IMG/VR virus record: IMGVR_UViG_3300031227_016742
Direction: 5' to 3' (one strand)
Length of the DNA: 64,000 nt
Origin: an uncultured virus (IMG/VR IMGVR_UViG_3300031227_016742)
Lineage: Duplodnaviria; Heunggongvirae; Uroviricota; Caudoviricetes
Part shown: positions 36,524 through 45,463 of the stretch, in pieces
Position numbering within the stretch: the first letter of the stretch is position 1
Layout: each line of letters opens with the position of its first letter
Position numbers and translations under genes: made by a program
The notes under the pieces: generated by a model
Databases searched by the model: none
The model's input: only the letters and a program-made list of their open reading frames with translations
What the model was told of the DNA's origin: nothing

Positions 36524-37090
36524 TCATACAAGGCCGTGCCGTTTCTTCTTCCAGTATCCGCGTGGCGGTTTTGGTATCCCGAGACTCTTACATCTCCTTG
36601 CGACAGCCACGTCCGATACGCCGAGCATTTTCGCTACTTTTGTGGTTGGCATCGACCATACGAGATCAGCCAGAACTTCCGGCTCTATTTCGAACTTCCT
36701 GGTAGATCTTGTTCCGCACCTCAAAGAGCAGGTTTTCTGCCTTGATGATTTTGGCATAAACTCCTTTTCACAAACAGGACAAATAATAATCTCCAGCGCG
36801 CTTTTGTGATGCAGGAGAGCATGCTCTCTACTCGTCATCACAAACAGATTGGAATGGACATTGTCGGTTCTAATCTCGTTGTCGTGGTGTACGACCTCAT
36901 ATGGCGTAACCCACCTACCGATCTTCAACGATCCCTCGTGCCTGTGGTGAAAGATACGACCAGCGGCCCCCGTTGCGAGCGGGTGCTCTGGATCGATGAA
37001 ATACAAGTACCCGACAGCGACGTCGAGCACGAGCCGGAGCTTCTTGTCATAGCTGCACGGCGTCGGGTATTTTTCGAGTCGAATGTCCAT
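36524..37090 (-). CDS. HNH homing endonuclease-like protein with zinc ribbon/HTH
   Basis: HRH...VVHHDNEIRTDN..SNL...EH...H; CPVC, CS..C; visibly lower GC. Confidence 0.85.
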   Translation of the reverse strand: MDIRLEKYPTPCSYDKKLRLVLDVAVGYLYFIDPEHPLATGAAGRIFHHRHEGSLKIGRWVTPYEVVHHDNEIRTDNVHSNLFVMTSREHALLHHKSALEIIICPVCEKEFMPKSSRQKTCSLRCGTRSTRKFEIEPEVLADLVWSMPTTKVAKMLGVSDVAVARRCKSLGIPKPPRGYWKKKRHGLV

Positions 37091-37108
37091 GGTTCGACTC
37101 TATTATGA

Positions 37109-37354
37109 TCATCGATCTGTGTCCAGAACCTCGAGAATCTCCTGGGCCCTGTCGATGAGCCCAGCTTCGTCGGACACCCCGACAGCGCATGGCTCGAACT
37201 GGGGGGTTGGATCACGGCCGGTGGACCTGCGGATGTCGTTCTTCCTTCGCTGCATCCTGGCCACCAGCACCAGCTTGTCCTCGACCGGCAGCGCAGCGAG
37301 CTTCCGCCGAAGCCTGGCCTTGTCTCGAAGCGCCCTCTCCAGGAGCTCGTCCAT
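37109..37354 (-). CDS. hypothetical protein
   Basis: ORF with SD. Confidence 0.6.
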   Translation of the reverse strand: MDELLERALRDKARLRRKLAALPVEDKLVLVARMQRRKNDIRRSTGRDPTPQFEPCAVGVSDEAGLIDRAQEILEVLDTDR

Positions 37355-37376
37355 GGTTTCGTTCCTGCCTGTCGTG

Positions 37377-37435
37377 CGCGAAGCGGCTGTAAGCTGTCGA
37401 CTGTTGGCTGTAAGCTGGCGGTCTCCGACCGCCCG
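37377..37435 (-). repeat. Heptamer-repeat/mini-hairpin element
   Basis: CGC-GAA-GCG, (RGCTGTW)n, GGCGGTC-TCC-GACCGCC. Confidence 0.8.
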
Positions 37436-38704
37436 TCAGTCGAGCCTGACAGGCATCACCACGGTCATGCTGTTGTTCGACATCAACAACTGAGGGCTCA
37501 GCGGACCTCCAGCCCACGGCAGCTCCACCAGCTCGTGCCGGCTTGTCTTCTTCAGGGCCTCGAGCGCCTTGATCATCAGCTTCAGGTTGAAGCCAGCCGG
37601 GCCGTACTGTGGGATCTCGTCCATCTTCCACAGGATGACCTCGAGCGGAACGGACTCTTCGAAGCCATCCGCGCCGTCCTTCAGCGCGACGGTGGACAGC
37701 TCGCTGCCCGGGACCACGCCATTGGCGGTTCGCACCTCGAGCATGTCCGGATAATCCGACTTGGTGACGTTGACCGAGCACAGCGCCACGGTGGGGCAGT
37801 CGTCGTCGATGGCGTACAGCGAGGCACCCCGCTTCAACGCATCGAGCAGATCCTGGCGCTGAACCCTGATCACACGATCAGGGGTGGGTTGACAGATGAC
37901 ATCGCGCCAAGAGGGGAACGTGGGGACATCCGAGCGACAGGAGAGGATAGTGAATCCCGAGGTAGACAGTCTCCACCCTTCACGGCGACCTATCCCTGTC
38001 CAGCGAGACAGGTCCCAGCTCCCACGGAATCCCCGCAAGGCCTTGAGCAGCACCTTGGCTGCATCTATGCACAACGGACGGTGGCGGTAGAGGGGCTCAC
38101 GCGTAGCGCTCTCCATCTTTGGCTCACCCGTGCTCTCGAGCCGCAGCCAGCTGCCGTTGCTGCCTATCGCCTGGATCCAGGGAGCCTCGGACTCTTCGTG
38201 GAACATCTCGATCTCCACCACGTCCAGGCCGTAGCGGTAGTCGTTCTTGTCCACCGCCAGCATAGCGCCACCGACCAGGCGTTCGAGCTCCGCAGCGGCC
38301 ACCGACCCTTCTGGGATATCACCGACCACCTTCATCGGCTTCGGAGTGGACTCGAGGTGGCTGGCGGACAGACGCCAGGAGGATCGTCCGGATCGCACCG
38401 TCAGGGCGAAGTCGTCACCATAGCTCAAGTCGATGTGCTCACGCCCTTTCAGTGTCCGCACGACCTTGAGCAGCTTCCACAGCTTGACGGCGACATGCCC
38501 GTCCTCGGAGCGGGAGACGGGAACCTCGCTCTGGGCGCACATGCCTCTCGTGCCGATGCTGGTGGTGTGCATGGATAGCGTGTTTCCAGCCACCGTCATC
38601 GGTAGATGGTAGTGCCTGGGATTTTCTTTGTCGGCTATCCATAGGTGTGCTGCGTGCAGCTCGAGCGCTCGCGCCAGCTCATCGCGTCCGATGGTCATCT
38701 TCAT
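37436..38704 (-). CDS. dnaN: Divergent DNA polymerase III beta sliding clamp
   Basis: MKMTI.RDEL; D.RY.L; FPSWRDVI; DLLDALKR; GFN...M..AL; C-terminal VVMPVRL. Confidence 0.8.
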   Translation of the reverse strand: MKMTIGRDELARALELHAAHLWIADKENPRHYHLPMTVAGNTLSMHTTSIGTRGMCAQSEVPVSRSEDGHVAVKLWKLLKVVRTLKGREHIDLSYGDDFALTVRSGRSSWRLSASHLESTPKPMKVVGDIPEGSVAAAELERLVGGAMLAVDKNDYRYGLDVVEIEMFHEESEAPWIQAIGSNGSWLRLESTGEPKMESATREPLYRHRPLCIDAAKVLLKALRGFRGSWDLSRWTGIGRREGWRLSTSGFTILSCRSDVPTFPSWRDVICQPTPDRVIRVQRQDLLDALKRGASLYAIDDDCPTVALCSVNVTKSDYPDMLEVRTANGVVPGSELSTVALKDGADGFEESVPLEVILWKMDEIPQYGPAGFNLKLMIKALEALKKTSRHELVELPWAGGPLSPQLLMSNNSMTVVMPVRLD

Positions 38705-39279
38705 GGCGTGCGCTCCGTCCACCGCTCGGTCTCTGCTCGCACGACCACGATAGAGCAGTCCAGGTGCTTCACTGCCAGCTTTGCCAGGTCCTTGGCTCCC
38801 GCCACGCTGTTGTTGAAGCCGTAGCTGGCGCGAGGCCCGCTGTGTAGACGGATGACGTGCAGGACGCGTGCGAGCCGGTCGCAGCCCTCGGGTGCGATGG
38901 TCCCCTCCTGAATCAGCACGAGCGCCTCTGGGACACCCGCAGGGCCCATCTCGTCCTCGCCCCAGATCCAGCGGCCGGTAGGGCGTTGACACCAACACAG
39001 CCCGTCTTCATCCTCGTCGTCCTGGTCGTAACGAGGATCATCCTCGTGGCCATCGACGTCGAAGTTTCGCTCTCTCCAGACGACCGGAGGTCTCGAACCA
39101 CAGCGACCGCGGAGCAGCAGCCCATGAAGGCCCTCCACCGCTGGCACGACCAGTAGCTGCAGGATTCGACCCTTCTTCTCATCCGTCATGAGGAGCCGGA
39201 TGGACTCGGAGAGTTCTCCGAGAGGGCTGAACTCGATGGACGGAGGTCCGTACTCACAGACGATGGGGTCGTGGCTCAT
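38701..39279 (-). CDS. hypothetical protein
   Basis: ATGA overlap with clamp gene. Confidence 0.6.
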   Translation of the reverse strand: MSHDPIVCEYGPPSIEFSPLGELSESIRLLMTDEKKGRILQLLVVPAVEGLHGLLLRGRCGSRPPVVWRERNFDVDGHEDDPRYDQDDEDEDGLCWCQRPTGRWIWGEDEMGPAGVPEALVLIQEGTIAPEGCDRLARVLHVIRLHSGPRASYGFNNSVAGAKDLAKLAVKHLDCSIVVVRAETERWTERTP

Positions 39280-39303
39280 TGTTTTTCAGTCCGGCAGTTC
39301 AGA

Positions 39304-39351
39304 AGCGGTGAGCGGTGAGCGGTGAGCGGTAATCGGCGAGCGTAGCGAGCG
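39304..39351 (-). repeat. Heptamer-repeat element
   Basis: AGCGGTG x3, AGCGGTA, GAGCGTAGCGAGC. Confidence 0.85.
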
Positions 39352-39969
39352 TCATGCGTCGATCTCACTCTCGACGGTCTGTGTGGTCACGGTCTCTTTC
39401 ACGGTCTTGGTCAACAGCGTGACCTTGGTGCCCGGCATCCGCGCCGCGTAGCACACCGCCAGCGCCCAGGCCGACAGCAGCTCCGATGGTCCGGTGAACT
39501 CATCGAGGAGCGCAGGGACCGAGACCGGGTGGTTTCCGCTACCTCCGCCGCGGTCGGTCTTGGACGGGCGATACTCCTGTCTCCAGCACGACTGCCCGAG
39601 GGTGTTGATCCCGATGAGCTGTGGAGGGGCTATTTGGTCGATTCCGAACTGGGTACCGTAGCACCAGACGGGGCTGACGTGGCTCATCATGCCCTCCGTG
39701 CGGGCCAGAGCCAGGGTGACCCTCGCTATGGAGAGCCTGTCTACTCGCTCGTTCCAGACGACGACGAGCTCGTCTGATGGGACGTTTCTTGCGGGCGACG
39801 AGATGTGGCAGGCGTTGTTGATGCCCGGGCTCTTCCGTCCCAGGTACTTGCCGCACCGGGTGCATGTCCAGCGGGGGGCGAGCGGTGCTGTGCCACCATG
39901 CGAGTCGTGCAGGACCAGGTGCCTATCGCCCGAGCCGGGTGTCACCAGGACTCCGGTGAGAATCGTCAT
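39352..39969 (-). CDS. hypothetical protein (CxxC)
   Basis: AAGGA SD. Confidence 0.65.
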   Translation of the reverse strand: MTILTGVLVTPGSGDRHLVLHDSHGGTAPLAPRWTCTRCGKYLGRKSPGINNACHISSPARNVPSDELVVVWNERVDRLSIARVTLALARTEGMMSHVSPVWCYGTQFGIDQIAPPQLIGINTLGQSCWRQEYRPSKTDRGGGSGNHPVSVPALLDEFTGPSELLSAWALAVCYAARMPGTKVTLLTKTVKETVTTQTVESEIDA

Positions 39970-40002
39970 CTTGGGGTTCCTTGTTTCGTCTATCTGTTCG
40001 TC

Positions 40003-40045
40003 CCGCGAAGCGGCTGTTGGCTGTTGGCTGTTGGCTGTCAGCTGT
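40003..40045 (-). repeat. Heptamer-repeat/mini-hairpin element
   Basis: CCGC-GAA-GCGG then GGCTGTT x3. Confidence 0.85.
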
Positions 40046-40817
40046 GCTCTGGGGCCTCATCGGGCTCACTGGCCTCGCTGGTCACCGTGACGCCCGGGTC
40101 ACGAGAGAGCTCGGCGAGGGTGGTGCCGATGTTGACCGGCGCCATCGGGTCGCCGATCCTGGCGACCGGGGGCTGTGGGTCCGGGATCGGGGCCATGGAT
40201 AGCTTCGGGGTCGTGTCTCCGTCGGCAGGGGCGATGATCTCGCCCTTGGCGGCGAGCTCGCTCATAGCCGCCTCGGCGTCGAGCAGGCGCCCACTCTTGG
40301 CGGCCACGTTGTGTTCGTTGACCAGCCGGTCGACCTCGAGCTGTTCCTTGGTCTTGGGCTGCACGGGGCAGCGGTCACCGAGCATCTGGGCGATGATGGG
40401 GTTGACCTGACGGCGCTGCACCATGCCTTCGTACTTCCCGTCTCCGAGGCTCTCGAAGATCAGGATGACGCGCAAGCCCAGGTAGCGGCGCTCGCCGTCG
40501 TCTCCGGAGGCCTGCAGCCTGAACCTCTGCGGACAGACCGCCTCGAAGCATACACCGAGGAAGTGATCACCACTCTCATCGGTCTCGAAGCCGGAGATGC
40601 CCTCGAAGCTCACCTCGAGCGGGAGATGACGCTTCACGAAGCCTTCGAAGACGGGCACCATCCCGATGGGATCATCGCCGGCCCGCATGCGCGCCTCGAG
40701 ATCTTCGGCGATGCGTTCACAGATCGCCTCCTTGCGCGCATAGTCGCGAATCTTGGTGATCTGGCGCTGCTTTCGTTGGCTCAGCCTGCGGAACTTGAGT
40801 TCGGTTTGACGTCCCAT
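40038..40817 (-). CDS. hypothetical protein
   Basis: ORF with SD. Confidence 0.7.
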   Translation of the reverse strand: MGRQTELKFRRLSQRKQRQITKIRDYARKEAICERIAEDLEARMRAGDDPIGMVPVFEGFVKRHLPLEVSFEGISGFETDESGDHFLGVCFEAVCPQRFRLQASGDDGERRYLGLRVILIFESLGDGKYEGMVQRRQVNPIIAQMLGDRCPVQPKTKEQLEVDRLVNEHNVAAKSGRLLDAEAAMSELAAKGEIIAPADGDTTPKLSMAPIPDPQPPVARIGDPMAPVNIGTTLAELSRDPGVTVTSEASEPDEAPEHS

Positions 40818-40879
40818 GTCTTTTTCCCTCTCTCGTGGTCGATGGTCGGTTGTAGATAGTCAGCTACCGTGGGGCGCTC

Positions 40880-41485
40880 TCACTCGTCGATGGTGCCAGG
40901 CAGCTTCTCTGGCCAGTGGTGGTGTGTCAGCGCTTCGGTAGCGTAGAGCACGCCCATCATCATGTGCGGCTTGCTGGTCGCCACGTCCTTGTCGACGCGC
41001 TCGAACTCGAGCTTTGCGCAAAACATGCGGACCACCCCGTCCTCGTCCGGTTCACCAGAGTGGGACAGCCCGGCTACCAGGATACGCTCGACAGGCTCCT
41101 CGTCGTCTCTCGGTATCCAGAGACCATGGATCGTCCCCGCGTCCGAGGCGGCGATGACCTCGTTGATGGCATCGTCGATGCACTTGCGACCACAGTCGTC
41201 ATCGTTGTCATCGTCGTCATCGTCATCCTTGGCGCAGTCCGGGAGCCAGATCATCTGCTCGAGCAGCACGGCCCCGATGGACATCGCATCATGGTCGTCG
41301 ATCTCCTCGATCGAAGAACAGACGATGATCATCGGCAACATCGGGAACTTACCGGGAGGACCTTTGAGTCCCCGCGGAGAAGGAGGCTCGAACATGTCGA
41401 GCCCCAGCACATACAGGCCTTGCTCACGCTCGATAGTGAGGGGGGTGTTCTGCTGTTCGGTGCTGTCGGTGGTGGCGGTCATCAC
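40880..41485 (-). CDS. acidic hypothetical protein
   Basis: AAGGAG SD. Confidence 0.7.
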   Translation of the reverse strand: MMTATTDSTEQQNTPLTIEREQGLYVLGLDMFEPPSPRGLKGPPGKFPMLPMIIVCSSIEEIDDHDAMSIGAVLLEQMIWLPDCAKDDDDDDDNDDDCGRKCIDDAINEVIAASDAGTIHGLWIPRDDEEPVERILVAGLSHSGEPDEDGVVRMFCAKLEFERVDKDVATSKPHMMMGVLYATEALTHHHWPEKLPGTIDE

Positions 41486-41496
41486 GCTCTCCTTCT

Positions 41497-41513
41497 TGCC
41501 ACTACCAGTAGCA
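41497..41513. promoter_or_regulatory. Palindromic operator next to SD
   Basis: TGCCAC-TACCA-GTAGCA. Confidence 0.65.
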
Positions 41514-41519
41514 CATTGG

Positions 41520-42047
41520 TCATATCAGCGCAACCAGCGCACCAACTTTCTCGGTGGCAGCACGCTCTCCCCGGTCGGGTCGTGGTGCAGCAGCCGGCGC
41601 CACTGCAGTGAGCTCTTGCTCGAGCTCGGCCTGCTGCTGCGGAGTGCGGAAGCTCGTATCCAGAATGAGCGCGGTGGGCTCTTTCGGAGGGCGGGCGAGC
41701 CTGGTCACGAGCATCACCGTCCCAACGCTCTGATCGATGACATACTCCAGAACCTCTCCGTCTGGAATCACGTAGTCGTCGATGGAGTCCAGCTTCGGCA
41801 CGACCCGGCGGTGGTTCTCCTGGGTGATGGATCCCGCGTCGGGCTCGAGCGACGACTCTCCCAGCGCCTCCAGCACGGCGACGGCCTGGGCCTCGGTCTT
41901 CTCGAGCGCCGCCAAACGCGTCATGACGGCGGTGGTCTGGCGCTGAACCATCAGGTCCAGGTTCGGCACATCGGCCTTCTGGAGAAGGCTCAACTCCAGC
42001 CCGAGCCAGTGGCCGATGACGGTCAGGCTGGTGCGATATGTGCTCAT
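41520..42047 (-). CDS. hypothetical protein
   Basis: ATGA overlap. Confidence 0.6.
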   Translation of the reverse strand: MSTYRTSLTVIGHWLGLELSLLQKADVPNLDLMVQRQTTAVMTRLAALEKTEAQAVAVLEALGESSLEPDAGSITQENHRRVVPKLDSIDDYVIPDGEVLEYVIDQSVGTVMLVTRLARPPKEPTALILDTSFRTPQQQAELEQELTAVAPAAAPRPDRGERAATEKVGALVALI

Positions 42048-42592
42048 CGTACGATGTCCTCGCTGTCCAGGCTGTCCTTGGGTTCATTGAGCTGCCCAGA
42101 ACGCCAGGCTATCACCGCGGCCTCACGGCGGTCGACGAAGCGCCCGGTGGAGGTCTGGAAGCCCTGGTGCAGTCCCGCCAGCTGCTCGGCTCCGATCCTT
42201 TCGCGCTGCTCGAGCGGGAGGTTCTCGTCCCACGCCTCCAGGGAGACGAAGCAGTCTCCGTGACCGCGGCCACAGAACAGGATCCCGGTCTCAGGGTAGT
42301 TTTCGTGGGGCCGGCACGGAGAGGGGTAGCCGGTATCCACCCAGACGGCGGCGCAGAAGATGCGCTCGGTGCGTATGGGCCTTTCGCCTCCGAGGAATCG
42401 TTCACACCCACATCGTGGGCATCGATCCAGCGTGGACACCCTCGCTGCACAACACAGGCAGAACTTCGCCTCGATGGCGCTATCGGCCCGGGTCACGATA
42501 CGCGAACCTCCACAGCTCGGGCACCTCCAGCCATTCATCTCGGTGGACAGTAGAACGACCTTCTCGCAGTCGGCGCAGGCGTACTCGATCAT
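42044..42592 (-). CDS. zinc-ribbon plus phage-type domain protein
   Basis: CxxC x4; G.GH.DC, QGFQTSTGRFVDRREA..IA...GQ, L.SED. Confidence 0.7.
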   Translation of the reverse strand: MIEYACADCEKVVLLSTEMNGWRCPSCGGSRIVTRADSAIEAKFCLCCAARVSTLDRCPRCGCERFLGGERPIRTERIFCAAVWVDTGYPSPCRPHENYPETGILFCGRGHGDCFVSLEAWDENLPLEQRERIGAEQLAGLHQGFQTSTGRFVDRREAAVIAWRSGQLNEPKDSLDSEDIVR

Positions 42593-43527
42593 GAACTCTC
42601 CGGTCCGGTCAGCAGCGGTACGCCGCTGCCGGTGATGAGGCTCCGTTCGAGCTCGCTGACCTCGGTCTCGAGCACGAACTGTCGGATGACACCGTCCATC
42701 TGCCGGATCTTGTCCTGGAAGTCCCGCAGGGCTTGCCAGAGCTCGGGTGACCACGGCAGGTTCCTGGTTCTGGCGTCTCGACTGTAGGTGAAGCGGCTGC
42801 TGCTCGGATCTGACTCTTTGGCTTCGTAGCGGCCTGGCTTGGACCTGTCGCTCTTGTCACGGCGATTCTCGAAGTGAGACAGGCGAGTCTGATAGTCTTC
42901 CTCCCACTCACGGACATCGTACAAGCCATCGGGCCGTAGGGCCCGCTCGATACGGGTGAATCCCAGCGGGCCCATGGTGTCGCTCTCTGGGACTCCACGG
43001 GCGCCATGTTCATGGAAGTCTCTCACCAGTACGTGCCCGGCGTTCAGGTGGCCGGATCCGTAGCCGCCACCGCTTGGACGACCCGTGCGCCAGTCTGGCG
43101 GATCCTTACGAACCTGGGGATACGATATGCGGATGATACGCTCCCAGATACGCGTGTCGACAGGAAGCGACATTCCGACATGAGACTTCAAGGCCGTATC
43201 GAGAGCACGGCGCATCTTGGACAGACTGTCCTCGACGTACAGAGCGCCTTCGTTGTTCTCCGGCACCCGGCCGTAGAACATTCCACTGTCCGGTTCGAGG
43301 TAGATGCCCGCCGCGACGGACCCCGAGCCATCGGGGTAATCCTGGGAGCGCACATTTTGTTTTCCCGTCAGTCGCCAGCGCTTGACCAGCTTGCCTTCAC
43401 CGTACAAGCCGCTCGATGCGAGACCGTGATCGACGTTCTCGATCTCGGGCTCCATCACCTCACCGTCGATGTCGACGACGAGCGCTTCGGTGTCTCGGTC
43501 CGGGGAGCCCGGGGAGTGAGTGGACAT
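42589..43527 (-). CDS. hypothetical protein
   Basis: AGGAGG SD downstream of operator. Confidence 0.7.
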   Translation of the reverse strand: MSTHSPGSPDRDTEALVVDIDGEVMEPEIENVDHGLASSGLYGEGKLVKRWRLTGKQNVRSQDYPDGSGSVAAGIYLEPDSGMFYGRVPENNEGALYVEDSLSKMRRALDTALKSHVGMSLPVDTRIWERIIRISYPQVRKDPPDWRTGRPSGGGYGSGHLNAGHVLVRDFHEHGARGVPESDTMGPLGFTRIERALRPDGLYDVREWEEDYQTRLSHFENRRDKSDRSKPGRYEAKESDPSSSRFTYSRDARTRNLPWSPELWQALRDFQDKIRQMDGVIRQFVLETEVSELERSLITGSGVPLLTGPESS

Positions 43528-43547
43528 GACGACCTCCTGTTTCAATC

Positions 43548-43576
43548 ACCTCAACGCGCGCTACCACTGGTGGCAA
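43548..43576 (-). promoter_or_regulatory. Promoter/operator
   Basis: TTGCCA-17-TGAGGT (weak -10); CGCTAC-CACTG-GTGGCA. Confidence 0.55.
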
Positions 43577-43623
43577 GTGGGCTCATCGTGGACGCCGATG
43601 ACCGGCGGTGGTAGAATCCTGCC

Positions 43624-43929
43624 ATGATCGCGCTCATCGCCAGCATCGGGCTCGCTTCCGCCTTCGCTTCTTCCACCTTCGGGCAACGAAGCATGGAGGA
43701 GCACGAGGCCGAACTTCGCCGACTCATCGGCCTGGCTGTCGCATCAAAACCACCTGCCGATGCAGCCTATCGTCGCCTGAAGCAGCGTAGAACCCACGTC
43801 CGGCGTGACAACTACAGAGCAGCGGACGAAGCGCAGATGGACGCATGGGGACGTGTAGCCAGATACCGAAGAGCCGTCGTCGAACAGACAGGGCAGTGGC
43901 CAGACACGAGGACCACCACCCAGCGGTGA
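43624..43929 (+). CDS. hypothetical protein with hydrophobic N-terminus
   Basis: TAGAAT 6 nt upstream of ATG. Confidence 0.55.
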   Translation: MIALIASIGLASAFASSTFGQRSMEEHEAELRRLIGLAVASKPPADAAYRRLKQRRTHVRRDNYRAADEAQMDAWGRVARYRRAVVEQTGQWPDTRTTTQR

Positions 43930-43931
43930 GC

Positions 43932-44243
43932 TCAGCCACCCGTGGTACGCGACCTTTCTCGGCTCTTCTCGAGATCGATCGTCACGATCTCCATCCCCTC
44001 GAAGCGCTTCACGGCCGCCTCGAGCTCACCCCACCAGCACTCACATCCCCAGACCACGTCCCCGCAGTCCAGCTTGATCTTCGGATTGGCCCGCTCGGCT
44101 CCACGGCACATCTCGGCTATCAGGCCAGCCGCTTCGGGGCCTGGTACCTCGTTGCCGACATAGACGCCCTCACCGAAGACGTACACGTTTCCATCCTTGG
44201 TGTGGCTCACGGCCAGCACCCTGTCACCCTTGGCCGCCATCAT
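43932..44243 (-). CDS. phage-type hypothetical protein
   Basis: FGEGVYVG, NPKIKLD.G.VVWGCECWW. Confidence 0.75.
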   Translation of the reverse strand: MMAAKGDRVLAVSHTKDGNVYVFGEGVYVGNEVPGPEAAGLIAEMCRGAERANPKIKLDCGDVVWGCECWWGELEAAVKRFEGMEIVTIDLEKSRERSRTTGG

Positions 44244-44442
44244 CTCGCTCCTTGTCGGTTTTTGGTTTCGTGATCCCGTCGTCGATCCGGTAGCTGACAG
44301 CCAGTGGGCTCACAACGAGCTCGGTCCTGAGCCACTCGCAGCTGCCCGGGCAGCTCTCGCAGTGGTGGTCGGAGCGGCTGCAGGCGCAGCCAAAGCCTCC
44401 GACATCGTACAGGCACCTTTTCATCCACGCTCCCGTCTCGCC

Positions 44443-44913
44443 TTACCAGCTGATGTAGAGGAAGTCCCAGTCGTCTTCGGCCGATGGTGGGCGCCAGAAA
44501 CGTCCATCCTCGTCGTTCTCCGTGTCGACACCCTCGATGATCCAGCGTCCGATCTTGTCCTCGATCTCGCCCGGAAGAACGATCATCATCTCGTCGTGCA
44601 TACGCTCCCAACGATCGTACAGATCCGGATCATCATGAGACTCATCGGTGACGCTCTCCCGGTAGCGTCGGTGCCAGTCGTCGTTGAGGCAGTTGCGCCC
44701 GAGCCTCACCCACTTCTCGACACAGATAAAGCCCTTGGCTTGGATGGCATCGAGGGCCACGTTCTTCTCGACACAGATAAAGCCCTTGGCTTGGATGGCA
44801 TCGAGGGCCACGTTGTTTGTGACGAAGCAGCTGTCGAGCTCGGGATCGGCGGTGTAGATATCGGAGGCCTGCTCGGGGGGCACGACCTTGCACAAAAGGA
44901 TGTCGAGGCTCAT
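44443..44913 (-). CDS. hypothetical protein with 17-aa internal duplication
   Basis: NVALDAIQAKGFICVEK x2. Confidence 0.65.
   Translation of the reverse strand: MSLDILLCKVVPPEQASDIYTADPELDSCFVTNNVALDAIQAKGFICVEKNVALDAIQAKGFICVEKWVRLGRNCLNDDWHRRYRESVTDESHDDPDLYDRWERMHDEMMIVLPGEIEDKIGRWIIEGVDTENDEDGRFWRPPSAEDDWDFLYISW
44713..44814. repeat. Perfect 51-bp tandem duplication
   Basis: Copies 44713-44763 and 44764-44814. Confidence 0.95.
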
Positions 44914-45191
44914 GGTGTCTCTCTTTGTTGTTTCACTGTGTCACGCTTGTTCTCGAAGTCCGAGAGGGCCCTGAACAGCTCGGCGATCTCGTCCAAGGTC
45001 AGAAACTTGTAGATTTGAACAAGGCGCAGATCAGCCTTGCCGTTGAGGATGCGGTGCACCGTGGCCTGGCCGACGCCCATCAGCTTGGCCAGCTGGGGCT
45101 GGGTGAGCTCGCGGCGAGTCCTGATGATGTCCAGGGCGATACCGAGAGCTTCGCGCTCGGTCTCTGGGATCTTGATGGTCTTCATCGTCAC
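44910..45191 (-). CDS. XRE-family HTH regulator
   Basis: LTQPQLAKLMGVGQATVHRILNG. Confidence 0.85.
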   Translation of the reverse strand: MTMKTIKIPETEREALGIALDIIRTRRELTQPQLAKLMGVGQATVHRILNGKADLRLVQIYKFLTLDEIAELFRALSDFENKRDTVKQQRETP

Positions 45192-45457
45192 TCCGAATCG
45201 TCGATGCTGTCGTTCATGGCCTCGATCACAGTGTCCGCGGCTTTCTTGCCGAGCGCTTCCCTCACTTTGACGATGTCCAACTTGATGTCACCCTTGAACA
45301 TGCGCCATAGGGTTTGGCGGGTCACGCCCAGACGTGCCGCCGTGCGGTCTCTGCTCTCATGAAGGTTCAAGTCGATCCAGTTCTCGAGCGCGAGACCCAT
45401 TTTTTTACGAGCACGCTTGATGACACTGTCTCTGCTGACGCTTCCTCGGCTTCCCAT
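45188..45457 (-). CDS. HTH DNA-binding protein
   Basis: RTAARLGVTRQTLWRM. Confidence 0.7.
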   Translation of the reverse strand: MGSRGSVSRDSVIKRARKKMGLALENWIDLNLHESRDRTAARLGVTRQTLWRMFKGDIKLDIVKVREALGKKAADTVIEAMNDSIDDSE

Positions 45458-45463
45458 GGTGGC

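Noticed and set aside
38705..38998. N-terminal extensions given by the ORF track for the clamp (also 2342-2494, 16628-16774, 60487-60588)
   Set aside because: They overlap upstream genes; downstream starts show stop-start coupling and match family N-termini
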